A stretch of DNA of 12,358 nucleotides from Bdellovibrionota bacterium (lineage in GTDB: Bacteria; Bdellovibrionota; UBA1018; UBA923). The notes under the pieces are model-generated. The model was not told where the DNA came from and made no database searches. It saw only the letters and a list, made by a program, of their open reading frames with translations. Below, in pieces: positions 1-6,611 of this stretch. Positions within the stretch are counted from its first letter, which is position 1; each line of letters begins with the position of its first letter. The position numbers and the translations under genes are program-made. The DNA lies in NCBI GenBank assembly GCA_040754655.1, contig JBFMCE010000104.1:1-12358 (forward strand). The letters are read 5' to 3'.

Positions 1-604
1 CAACCAGTAACGAGATGGTCAGCCCCATTACTACGGAAATTGAGGATTCGGATACGCCGATAGTCTCTGCCAGTTTCTGAGTAACGGGATCGACCTCCCC
101 CTTCACTTTGGACTCGGTGGACGCGGCTTCGAGTTTGCGCAATTCGTCTCGGAGTTGCTGCGCCCTTTTGGACTGTTCAAGTTCGATATTCAAGGCAGCA
201 CGAACGCGCCTCTCTTTTGCATCTGCCAGTTCTGAGGCAACGACCGACATTGGGCGAGCCTGAATTTCTGACAAGGCAGCCTTTGTGGCGACAATCTGTT
301 TTTCGGTTCCGACCGAAAGTGATGAGTTTTCGGAAAACTGCTGAAGTGCTCGTTCGTTGGAGTGAACCAAGAATGTCAGGTGGCCATAGATGGCGCACAA
401 CAAACATCCAGACCAGACCACCCAACCCACCCACCTTTTAGACATGGATGGAAGCAGGTGGACGGACAGGACGATAATCACGCTGATTGAGGCGAGGAGA
501 GAACGATCCAGCCAATTCCCTCCACGATCCCAAGCCGCCACCCCGGCCATGATGCAAGCAGCCAGGGTGACGAAAGAGGCCAGCAGGATTGCAGCCGTTT
601 TCAC
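1..604 (-). CDS. Membrane protein (3 N-terminal TM helices, coiled coil, further TM); 3'-partial and absent from the supplied ORF track
   Basis: The GTG at 604 overlaps the TGA of 601..825 (GTGA coupling). The frame is open to the window edge: MKTAAILLASFVTLAACIMAGVAAWDRGGNWLDRSLLASISVIIVLSVHLLPSMSKRWVGWVVWSGCLLCAIYGHLTFLVHSNERALQQ...ELEQSKRAQQLRDELRKLEAA...DPVTQKLAETIGVSESSISVVMGLTISLLV. Confidence 0.85.
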   Translation of the reverse strand, partial: MKTAAILLASFVTLAACIMAGVAAWDRGGNWLDRSLLASISVIIVLSVHLLPSMSKRWVGWVVWSGCLLCAIYGHLTFLVHSNERALQQFSENSSLSVGTEKQIVATKAALSEIQARPMSVVASELADAKERRVRAALNIELEQSKRAQQLRDELRKLEAASTESKVKGEVDPVTQKLAETIGVSESSISVVMGLTISLLV

Positions 605-825
605 TGGGTCTCCTTCTCCAGGACGATTGCCGCTTCGGCCAGAGCATCGCCTACCGCCTGTTCAACCTTGGCAGCCTCAGCCGAAAATAGAATGGGGTGT
701 TTGGAGCACAGCTTCGCCACCATCTTCTCGATTTTGGTTCGGTTCTTCAGCGCATCTTCCTCGGCCTTAATCTGAGCAGCCAGTGCAGCTTGCTGCGCTT
801 TCAACTTTTCGAGCTTCTTTGTCAT
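601..825 (-). CDS. Small coiled-coil hypothetical protein, 74 aa
   Basis: AAGGAAA RBS upstream of the ATG, heptad-rich N-terminus (KLEKLKAQQAALAAQIKAEE), and coupling to the next gene. Confidence 0.8.
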   Translation of the reverse strand: MTKKLEKLKAQQAALAAQIKAEEDALKNRTKIEKMVAKLCSKHPILFSAEAAKVEQAVGDALAEAAIVLEKETQ

Positions 826-844
826 TTTCGTGTTTCCTTTCTGG

Positions 845-1276
845 TTAAGATTTGTTTTGAATCAGGAGCAGCTCGGTATCCATCTTCACAGGATGAGAGC
901 AGCTCTCTTGTGGGTACTGGTAGCGCGCAAAATCTCCAGAGAATGAAACCTTCACATCAACCGAACTGCGAACATCCTTGGTTCGATCAAAGGTGCAGTA
1001 GGTTTCCAAGGTCTCGGTGGACGAATTCCACTTTTTGGCGATTGGATCTCCGCCGACCGTTCCGTTTCCAAAATCGAAAGTCTTGCAGGCGACCGCGAGC
1101 GCAGATGCGAGAGCCAGTGCGCGGTCTTGATGAGAGTGAGAGAGGACGATATTTGTACCTTCTTTCGTTGATGCGTACTGGTCGGTTTCACCAGGACACA
1201 GATCCACGGCGGCAGCATGCGCTCCGGCCGAGATGATCAGGGCCAGAATGGTGGACGAGACTTTGAGCTTTTTCAT
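845..1276 (-). CDS. Secreted 4-Cys domain protein, paralogue 3 (143 aa)
   Basis: Sec signal peptide (MKKLKVSSTILALIISAGAHA), AAGGAAA RBS, and motifs DLCPG, SHxxRA, KW, FSGDFARY and CxHPV shared with 2327..2725. Confidence 0.85.
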   Translation of the reverse strand: MKKLKVSSTILALIISAGAHAAAVDLCPGETDQYASTKEGTNIVLSHSHQDRALALASALAVACKTFDFGNGTVGGDPIAKKWNSSTETLETYCTFDRTKDVRSSVDVKVSFSGDFARYQYPQESCSHPVKMDTELLLIQNKS

Positions 1277-1305
1277 GTGACTTTCCTTTTAGCTTGTTTG
1301 GTAAA

Positions 1306-1333
1306 CCCCCTCCTCTGCTATCAAAGGAGGGGG
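1306..1333 (-). terminator. Intergenic GC-rich hairpin (weak terminator or mRNA-stabilising stem)
   Basis: Perfect 9-bp stem CCCCCTCCT/AGGAGGGGG, followed by only TTT on the minus strand. Confidence 0.45.
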
Positions 1334-1343
1334 AGTTGATTTG

Positions 1344-2066
1344 TTAATCGAGGTTGGAGCCTTTTTTGATCAGGTTGTACTCTGCGGAAATCGGAACATG
1401 GTGGACGCAATAATCCGGGAGTCCTGGTGCGTTGTAGCCAAACTTCGGACGCTGAGCTTGGAAGTGGATGAAGTCGCCCTCAAAAGTTATCTTCCTCACC
1501 AAACCATCACGAATCCGCGAAGGGTCAGTTGACGGGACTGCATATTTCAGCCGCCCACCAACGCAAGAAAATTGCATCGATTTTGTTTGCTCGTCCCACT
1601 CCATCTTGAACGTACCAAATCCATTCCAGGATCTGCTTGTTACCGCATAGGCTGCATTGGGCTCTCCTTCGCAGCTTGTCCGGAAATACTCTGCGACATT
1701 TTCCGCCCGAGTTTTCTGAGACTGAGCAAGCACGGCGCGAGTGAACTCACTTCTAGTTGGGTAGAAGTCGCGCTCCGCCTTGCAGGTTTCCTCGATGGGG
1801 GGCGCATAGGAGGATGTATAGTCCTTAACGAAGTCGAGATGCGACCCACCCACTAGGACGCCAATCACTCCGGCAGCAGCCACAACAGGCGTTCCTGCAC
1901 CGGCAGCAATTAAGGCAGCACCACCACCGACCCAGTACCAAGGGTGTTCGCTCGCGCTCTGGCGCATGCTGATTGCGAGATCATCATTACTGGCGCTCGC
2001 TTGCGTAGATGCAGTAGCAGCCAATGCCAGAAGTACCGCTACAGAAACTTTTTTCGCATTTGTCAT
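1344..2066 (-). CDS. Secreted 4-Cys domain protein, paralogue 2, with an extra glycine-zipper-like hydrophobic segment (240 aa)
   Basis: Signal peptide, then WYWVGGGAALIAAGAGTPVVAAAGVIGVLVGG. The C-terminal domain aligns with its neighbours (SQKTRAENVA, FKMEW, FEGDF, CVHHVP). Confidence 0.85.
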   Translation of the reverse strand: MTNAKKVSVAVLLALAATASTQASASNDDLAISMRQSASEHPWYWVGGGAALIAAGAGTPVVAAAGVIGVLVGGSHLDFVKDYTSSYAPPIEETCKAERDFYPTRSEFTRAVLAQSQKTRAENVAEYFRTSCEGEPNAAYAVTSRSWNGFGTFKMEWDEQTKSMQFSCVGGRLKYAVPSTDPSRIRDGLVRKITFEGDFIHFQAQRPKFGYNAPGLPDYCVHHVPISAEYNLIKKGSNLD

Positions 2067-2095
2067 TTCGGATTTCCTTATTCAATTTGCAGACC

Positions 2096-2138
2096 GGCGA
2101 AATTACCAGCCTCGATATTTGTAGGAAGTAGGCGAAAA
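2096..2138 (-). promoter_or_regulatory. 43-bp conserved upstream motif, copy 1
   Basis: The minus strand reads TTTTCGCC-N17-GAGGCTGGTAATTTCGCC, ending about 30 nt before the ATG at 2066. Confidence 0.6.
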
Positions 2139-2160
2139 AAAACCGCCCGAGAGGGGCGGT
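2135..2160 (-). terminator. Rho-independent terminator
   Basis: ACCGCCC/GGGCGGT stem followed by a T run on the minus strand. Confidence 0.8.
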
Positions 2161-2176
2161 CTGGAGGGTTGATTCA

Positions 2177-2260
2177 AGTTTGGCGCTTATTCACCAAGAG
2201 CCGAATTCATACCGGCCTTGGAGCCTCGATCCAGCTTGGTGGTGGTAGATGTCTTGCTCT
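2177..2260 (-). pseudogene. Orphan 3' end of a homologue of the 362-aa gene
   Basis: Translates as KSK*SKTSTTTKLDRGSKAGMNSALGE*, compared with KSKSSEASTSTKLDRGSKAGVNSTPGE* at the end of 2844..3932. Confidence 0.85.
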
Positions 2261-2326
2261 ACTTGGATTTATACAACGCAGCGAGCGAGGCCAGAACACA
2301 GACATTAACTGCGGTTTTATGAAATA

Positions 2327-2725
2327 TCATTTATTTGCATTCAATGTTTTTACCAGCGCGTTTGCTTCCGCAACCATTGGAACTGGGTGGGCGCACTTAC
2401 CCGGATTGGAATATCGAGCGAAGTCACCACTGAAATAGATCTGAATGACATCTTTTTTCCCATCTTTCGTCGAGCAGGTGGTCGTCATCACCTCGTCCGA
2501 TTCGCTCCATTTCATCGAAAACTGTCCCCCCACCTTCTGACAGTATCTGTGAGGCATATCTGCAATGCTTTCAGCTCGCTCTTTGTGACTGACAATAAGT
2601 ACCAACTTGTTGGCCTCTTCGATGCTGGCGTAATGATCTGACTTGCCTGGACACAGATCAGTCGCATTTGAACAGCCAATTGCGGACATCATCAGTACAG
2701 CAAGTGAAGTTTTCTGAATTTTCAT
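2327..2725 (-). CDS. Secreted 4-Cys domain protein, paralogue 1 (132 aa; possible lipoprotein)
   Basis: Start reassigned to the ATG at 2725 (AAGGAAAC RBS; signal MKIQKTSLAVLMMSAIGCSNA). Homologous to 845..1276. Confidence 0.85.
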   Translation of the reverse strand: MKIQKTSLAVLMMSAIGCSNATDLCPGKSDHYASIEEANKLVLIVSHKERAESIADMPHRYCQKVGGQFSMKWSESDEVMTTTCSTKDGKKDVIQIYFSGDFARYSNPGKCAHPVPMVAEANALVKTLNANK

Positions 2726-2754
2726 TTTGGGTTTCCTTTTGGTATTGGAAGACC

Positions 2755-2797
2755 GGCGAATTTTCCGGCCTCGATACATGCATTCGGTAAGCGAAAA
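2755..2797 (-). promoter_or_regulatory. 43-bp conserved upstream motif, copy 2
   Basis: The minus strand reads TTTTCGCT-N17-GAGGCCGGAAAATTCGCC, ending about 30 nt before the ATG at 2725. Confidence 0.6.
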
Positions 2798-2818
2798 AAA
2801 CCGCCCGAGGTGGGCGGT
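2794..2818 (-). terminator. Rho-independent terminator after the 362-aa gene
   Basis: ACCGCCC/GGGCGGT stem plus a T run on the minus strand. Confidence 0.8.
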
Positions 2819-2843
2819 CTGTGACTTGATTCAAGCTGGGCTG

Positions 2844-3932
2844 TCACTCACCTGGCGTTGAGTTTACACCAGCTTTTGAGCCTCGATCCAGCTTGGTGGA
2901 GGTGGATGCCTCACTCGACTTGGACTTGGACAAAGTGGCTGTGTTTTTGCGCTCACGGAATCGCTCATCACTGTCTGACATCCTGGCGGACCTGGAGACG
3001 CTATCGTCCGATGTGCTGGAATTTTCAACCCGATAGCTATCGGACTCAGAACCACTCAGCGAGATTGTAAATGAGCGACCATCGATAGAGTCATCCGAAA
3101 GAGTCTTTCGATTTTTCACGTACATGTCGCGCCCCTTGAATTGGAAAACGGAGCAATCCATGTCGGGTTCTGTGAAATCTTTGTAATCGCCCAACCACTG
3201 AGAGCAATACGCCTGCTGATCCCAGTCATCCCTGGATTGCTGGCGAATCTGAATGAACAGCTCACCGTCGAGATCCATTTGATGGAAGACTTCTTGAATA
3301 ATTTTGACGACTTCCTGCTCGCTCTTTGGAGAAGTCCGATTCGCGAGATCACCTGCATGAGACAACCAGGCACTGGCAGTCATTCGACACTGCGCGTATC
3401 TGCGGATGTACGTGTCATTGGAGTCAACGTACAACACCACTACACCGTCCCCCCTGCTCGCGATCATGCCATTGCCGTTTCCATACATAGCTTCCGTTCT
3501 GCCTGTTACTTTTCCTTGATCGAACGACCATACCGGATAATCACTCAAAGCCGTCGAGATGGGCTTACAGGCTGAGAAATATGCCCCAGCCATACCTTCC
3601 CCTTCGGCAGTCCGTTCGTAGCGTTTAACAAACTGCTGAAGTAGGATTCCGTTGATGTTCAGGCTGACCTCTGACGACTTCGACTTCTCGAATGAACGTC
3701 CACGGCTCTCACTGTTGCTTTCGGTTTGGGACTGCTCATGGGCTCGCTCACGCGATTTTGTGATGGTCTGGCGATCACCTCTGGCTTTATCGGCAGAAAG
3801 AGACTTGTCGCGCTTCATAGAGCTTGTTGATCCGCTCTCAAAGCTTCGGCCTGCATCACTGCCCACCGATGGGTTGGCGGAGGCGCTGGCCGCCACGCTT
3901 GCGCACAGCAGAACTGCGAAAATCTTATTCAT
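2844..3932 (-). CDS. Secreted protein (362 aa) with long Ser/Arg/Glu-rich N- and C-terminal arms around a Cys-containing core
   Basis: Start reassigned to the ATG at 3932 (GAGGAGG RBS; signal MNKIFAVLLCASVAASASA). It overlaps the stop of the upstream gene. Confidence 0.85.
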   Translation of the reverse strand: MNKIFAVLLCASVAASASANPSVGSDAGRSFESGSTSSMKRDKSLSADKARGDRQTITKSRERAHEQSQTESNSESRGRSFEKSKSSEVSLNINGILLQQFVKRYERTAEGEGMAGAYFSACKPISTALSDYPVWSFDQGKVTGRTEAMYGNGNGMIASRGDGVVVLYVDSNDTYIRRYAQCRMTASAWLSHAGDLANRTSPKSEQEVVKIIQEVFHQMDLDGELFIQIRQQSRDDWDQQAYCSQWLGDYKDFTEPDMDCSVFQFKGRDMYVKNRKTLSDDSIDGRSFTISLSGSESDSYRVENSSTSDDSVSRSARMSDSDERFRERKNTATLSKSKSSEASTSTKLDRGSKAGVNSTPGE

Positions 3933-4191
3933 GGATGACCTCCTCTTCTTCGAGTTCGAGTTTTGGTTTGGAGAGCACCTGATCAATCATCAGATCGTAG
4001 TGCTTGTATTTTTGGCGGGTCTCCGGATCAGGTGTCCAAGGAGGCAGGTACGAAAACACATGACACCTGCGGTCACACATCGCATCCACGGGCTCTCCCT
4101 CTATCAAGCAGATGTGCAAGCCTCGTACCGGTACAGGATTTAGGTAAAAGCAGTTCACGCACTTTACTTTTTGGTCTTTTGGGTTCGTCAT
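3925..4191 (-). CDS. Small Cys-rich hypothetical protein, 88 aa (possible metal-binding)
   Basis: CxxC...C...CxxxC pattern, ATGA coupling to the upstream gene, and an acidic tail. Confidence 0.7.
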   Translation of the reverse strand: MTNPKDQKVKCVNCFYLNPVPVRGLHICLIEGEPVDAMCDRRCHVFSYLPPWTPDPETRQKYKHYDLMIDQVLSKPKLELEEEEVIHE

Positions 4192-4550
4192 TTTTGTGGC
4201 TCCTTGTTCTTCAGTTTTGCGAGACGCTCATCCTCTTCTTTGATGGCAGCGCGCATATCAGCGTTGTCCTCGTCGAACAATTGATCGAGGTCATCGCGCT
4301 TGGCCTTGGCAGCGGCAATTTCTCGCTTCAGGGCTTCGTTTGACTTGGAGCGTTCTTCCAGGACCTTTTGGCTTGGACGGCCTCCCCATGCGTCATCAAA
4401 AGATTGATCGAATCGTGCATCTTCAAGCTTTTGGACGGCATGCTGGTGTCGCTGCTCGTTCTTAACCTCTTCGGTTCTCATTTGAGAAAAGAACAAGACA
4501 AGAGCGGCCAGCGGAGCTGTTATTAGCAGTAGTTGGAAAATGCTTTTCAC
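4188..4550 (-). CDS. Membrane-anchored coiled-coil protein, 120 aa
   Basis: AGGAGG RBS, GTG start, N-terminal TM (IFQLLLITAPLAALVLFFS) and a charged helical remainder. Confidence 0.8.
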   Translation of the reverse strand: MKSIFQLLLITAPLAALVLFFSQMRTEEVKNEQRHQHAVQKLEDARFDQSFDDAWGGRPSQKVLEERSKSNEALKREIAAAKAKRDDLDQLFDEDNADMRAAIKEEDERLAKLKNKEPQK

Positions 4551-4572
4551 TTTTGTTCCTCCTAGAAAACAG

Positions 4573-4591
4573 GGGGGGGGATTCCCCCCCC
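4573..4591 (-). terminator. G8/C8 hairpin, putative terminator or attenuator
   Basis: GGGGGGGG-ATT-CCCCCCCC, followed by CTGTTTT on the minus strand. Confidence 0.5.
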
Positions 4592-4609
4592 AACTGGATT
4601 GCGAGTTGT

Positions 4610-5116
4610 CTATCGGATGGACTGCACGAAACCGACCTGGAACAGGCTGTCACCGCCGCCGATCTTGTGTTGGAGTTTGGTGATACCGACTCGCACTTCA
4701 CCACTTCCTGCCGGCATCAACATATCCAAGCCAGCCGCCACACCACCGCGACCGCCAGCCCAGCCGACATGCGGATTCAGGGCGATGCCGTTTCCGCTAG
4801 GCGTGATGAACAGGTTGACTTGACCGACCGGCATCATGCGGCCGTTGTAGGACAGCACACCTGCCTCGACTCCAGACTGGAAAACACCTTTGCCCACCAG
4901 TGGGGCAGCTTCGCTGCGCAACCCTGCCTTAGCAGTCAGATTGAAGGCGTTGCCAACGGTCGAGCCACCACCAGCCCCCAGAATGGCGGAGCTCGAAGTG
5001 GAAGCGTCGGACGAGTAGCTGTTCACACCACCCGATGCGCTGAAGGTGGTATCAGCAAATGCCGAGACGGAGAACAGGGATGCAAAAATGGATGCAACAA
5101 CGATAGATTTCTTCAT
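4610..5116 (-). CDS. Secreted Gly-rich protein, probable small outer-membrane beta-barrel (168 aa)
   Basis: Start reassigned to the ATG at 5116 (AAGGAAC RBS; signal MKKSIVVASIFASLFSVSAFA). Alternating Gly/hydrophobic strands and a terminal strand LFQVGFVQSI. Confidence 0.7.
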   Translation of the reverse strand: MKKSIVVASIFASLFSVSAFADTTFSASGGVNSYSSDASTSSSAILGAGGGSTVGNAFNLTAKAGLRSEAAPLVGKGVFQSGVEAGVLSYNGRMMPVGQVNLFITPSGNGIALNPHVGWAGGRGGVAAGLDMLMPAGSGEVRVGITKLQHKIGGGDSLFQVGFVQSIR

Positions 5117-5147
5117 TTCAAAAGTTCCTTTTTCAAGATTTGGGGTA

Positions 5148-5190
5148 GGCGAAATTGCCGCCCTCACCTCTTGTGTGAGGGGGGCGAAAA
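5148..5190 (-). promoter_or_regulatory. 43-bp conserved upstream motif, copy 3
   Basis: The minus strand reads TTTTCGCC-N17-GAGGGCGGCAATTTCGCC, ending about 30 nt before the ATG at 5116. Confidence 0.6.
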
Positions 5191-5192
5191 TT

Positions 5193-6122
5193 TCACGCGA
5201 CCAACAAATTGAAGAACTCTGTTTTTTGAAGGAAGCCGACGAGTGAGGGACGGAACCTCGGACTCGAACGAGTTAAACCGCATGCCGGATTCTCGAATAG
5301 GAATCGTTCTTCCAGCTCTTTCTGTTGATGGGCAGGAAGGCTTTCGAAACGAGCCCAAACTTCTTCCTGCTGAGTTTTGGCTTTTTCTGCCGACGCCTTG
5401 GCGGCGGCTTCAAGCTCAGCTTGACGCTGATTTTCCCGTTCAACATTGGCTTCGTCCCGAATGCGCCGCATTTCTACTGCAAGGTTCGATACGTAGAGCC
5501 TCTTCCCGTCCGTAGTTATGCGGCGAGCCGCTTCACGGAAATCCTCTTCAGAGTGGACATCAAGCAGCAGCAGCAGCCTTCTTTCGTCCTCCGCGTTCTC
5601 CACAATCGCGCCGTAGCTGCTGCTTCTATTTATTTGATTAAATCCTTTGCTAAAAACATCCTTTGTTAAATTCCCCTCTCCCGCATCCCTGCGCTCCGCA
5701 TCCCTGCGTTCACCATGCCTGCGTTTGGGGGGGATGGAGGTTTTACCGCCACCATCTTGGTTTTCTGAGGAAGTGGCTTCATCTTCCCCACCCTCATTAT
5801 TTTCTGGGGGGCGGGGAACAGAATCCCCTCCAAAGAGAGGAGCATCCGTAAACTCATTCAGCCAGATGAACTTTCCGCCCTCCCCCCTGAATTTAGATTG
5901 GCGAAAGTATCCTGCCTTCATGAGTTCTTTGCGCACCCTGGGCCAAGTCTTATCGGACAAACCGAGCGTTCGAGTGATGTGGCCGATGTGGAATTTCCAA
6001 CCGTTTGGACGACCCAAGACGTAGGCCACAACCTTGAAGGCCCAAGGAGAAAGTTCTTCCGTGAAGAGCTGATCCGGAACGGCAGAAAACGACATTCTCT
6101 TTGAGACGATTGCCTCGATCAT
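5193..6122 (-). CDS. Phage-type replication initiator with an N-terminal winged helix (HTH_36-like), 309 aa
   Basis: GGAGG RBS. The N-terminus FSAVPD..LSPWAFKVVAYVLGRPNGWKF...VRKELMKAGYF...GKF matches my recollection of phage replisome organisers. The low-complexity linker contains DNA repeats. Confidence 0.7.
   Translation of the reverse strand: MIEAIVSKRMSFSAVPDQLFTEELSPWAFKVVAYVLGRPNGWKFHIGHITRTLGLSDKTWPRVRKELMKAGYFRQSKFRGEGGKFIWLNEFTDAPLFGGDSVPRPPENNEGGEDEATSSENQDGGGKTSIPPKRRHGERRDAERRDAGEGNLTKDVFSKGFNQINRSSSYGAIVENAEDERRLLLLLDVHSEEDFREAARRITTDGKRLYVSNLAVEMRRIRDEANVERENQRQAELEAAAKASAEKAKTQQEEVWARFESLPAHQQKELEERFLFENPACGLTRSSPRFRPSLVGFLQKTEFFNLLVA
5626..5725. repeat. Putative replication origin inside the initiator gene: three 15-bp iterons plus an AT-rich tract
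   Basis: CCGCATCCCTGCGCT (5681), CCGCATCCCTGCGTT (5696) and CACCATGCCTGCGTT (5711), next to an AT-rich stretch with ATCCTTTGYTAAA twice (5642, 5658). Confidence 0.65.
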
Positions 6123-6132
6123 CGCCGCCTCC

Positions 6133-6537
6133 TCAAAAAAGTTTCAGTTCGTCTTGAGGACCCGATTTTGATTCTGTGAGGGCCTTCAACTTCATCTGAA
6201 CGCTTCGCTGCGAACAGCCAAGGACTTTCGAGACCGCCGAGGTGCCGCCTTCTCGGAAAACGGCCAGCAACCCCTCAAAAGATGCGGAAAGCTCAGCCAT
6301 CCGCCACCCTTCGATTTCGTCTTCCTCCTGCGCCGGAACAAAGTCGATGAGGGCGGAACCGTCTTCCATTTCGGAGTCAAGGCTTGCGCAACCGCAAGAG
6401 CGGTCGCGGAATCGCGCGAGGCGCGATGCATAGGCGGTCGTGTTGCTGATTTTTTTGCGCCGTTTTGACAGCGACGGATCGTTTTCGAGAAGCCAAAGCT
6501 CGCCAGAGAAGTCGTTGATTTTTTTTTGGTGCCGCAT
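6133..6537 (-). CDS. Small HTH protein resembling sigma-70 regions 3.2-4 (134 aa)
   Basis: Start reassigned to the ATG at 6537 (AAGGAG RBS). ASLDSEMEDGSALIDFV resembles the sigma finger, and TSAVSKVLGCSQRSVQMKLKAL resembles the region 4.2 HTH. Confidence 0.6.
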   Translation of the reverse strand: MRHQKKINDFSGELWLLENDPSLSKRRKKISNTTAYASRLARFRDRSCGCASLDSEMEDGSALIDFVPAQEEDEIEGWRMAELSASFEGLLAVFREGGTSAVSKVLGCSQRSVQMKLKALTESKSGPQDELKLF

Positions 6538-6611
6538 TTCGGAACTCCTTTCTTGAAGCAAAAAAACGAGAAAGAAGTTCCGCCCGGCCGAAACTTTGCA
6601 AAAAATGTTTA

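Larger units (their letters stand above)
2091..2260. repeat. Diverged direct repeat, copy 1 (gene tail + terminator + upstream motif); partner at 2750..2927
   Basis: Shared blocks AGACCGGCGAA, GCCTCGATA, ACCGCCCGAG..GGGCGGTCTG, TTGATTCAAG and GAGCCTCGATCCAGCTTGGTGG. Confidence 0.85.

Noticed and set aside
2177..2927. Gene-tail repeat as a DGR template/variable repeat pair
   Set aside because: Differences are not confined to adenines and are largely synonymous. No reverse transcriptase is present in the window.
177..6433. Many plus-strand and alternate-frame ORFs (e.g. 697..1236, 1944..2438, 3652..4143, 4553..5212)
   Set aside because: They are shadows of minus-strand genes that have RBSs, signal peptides and coupled starts and stops.
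1..6537. Filamentous phage or tailed prophage assignment
   Set aside because: No Zot-like ATPase, HUH Rep, small major coat protein, terminase, portal or capsid is recognisable.
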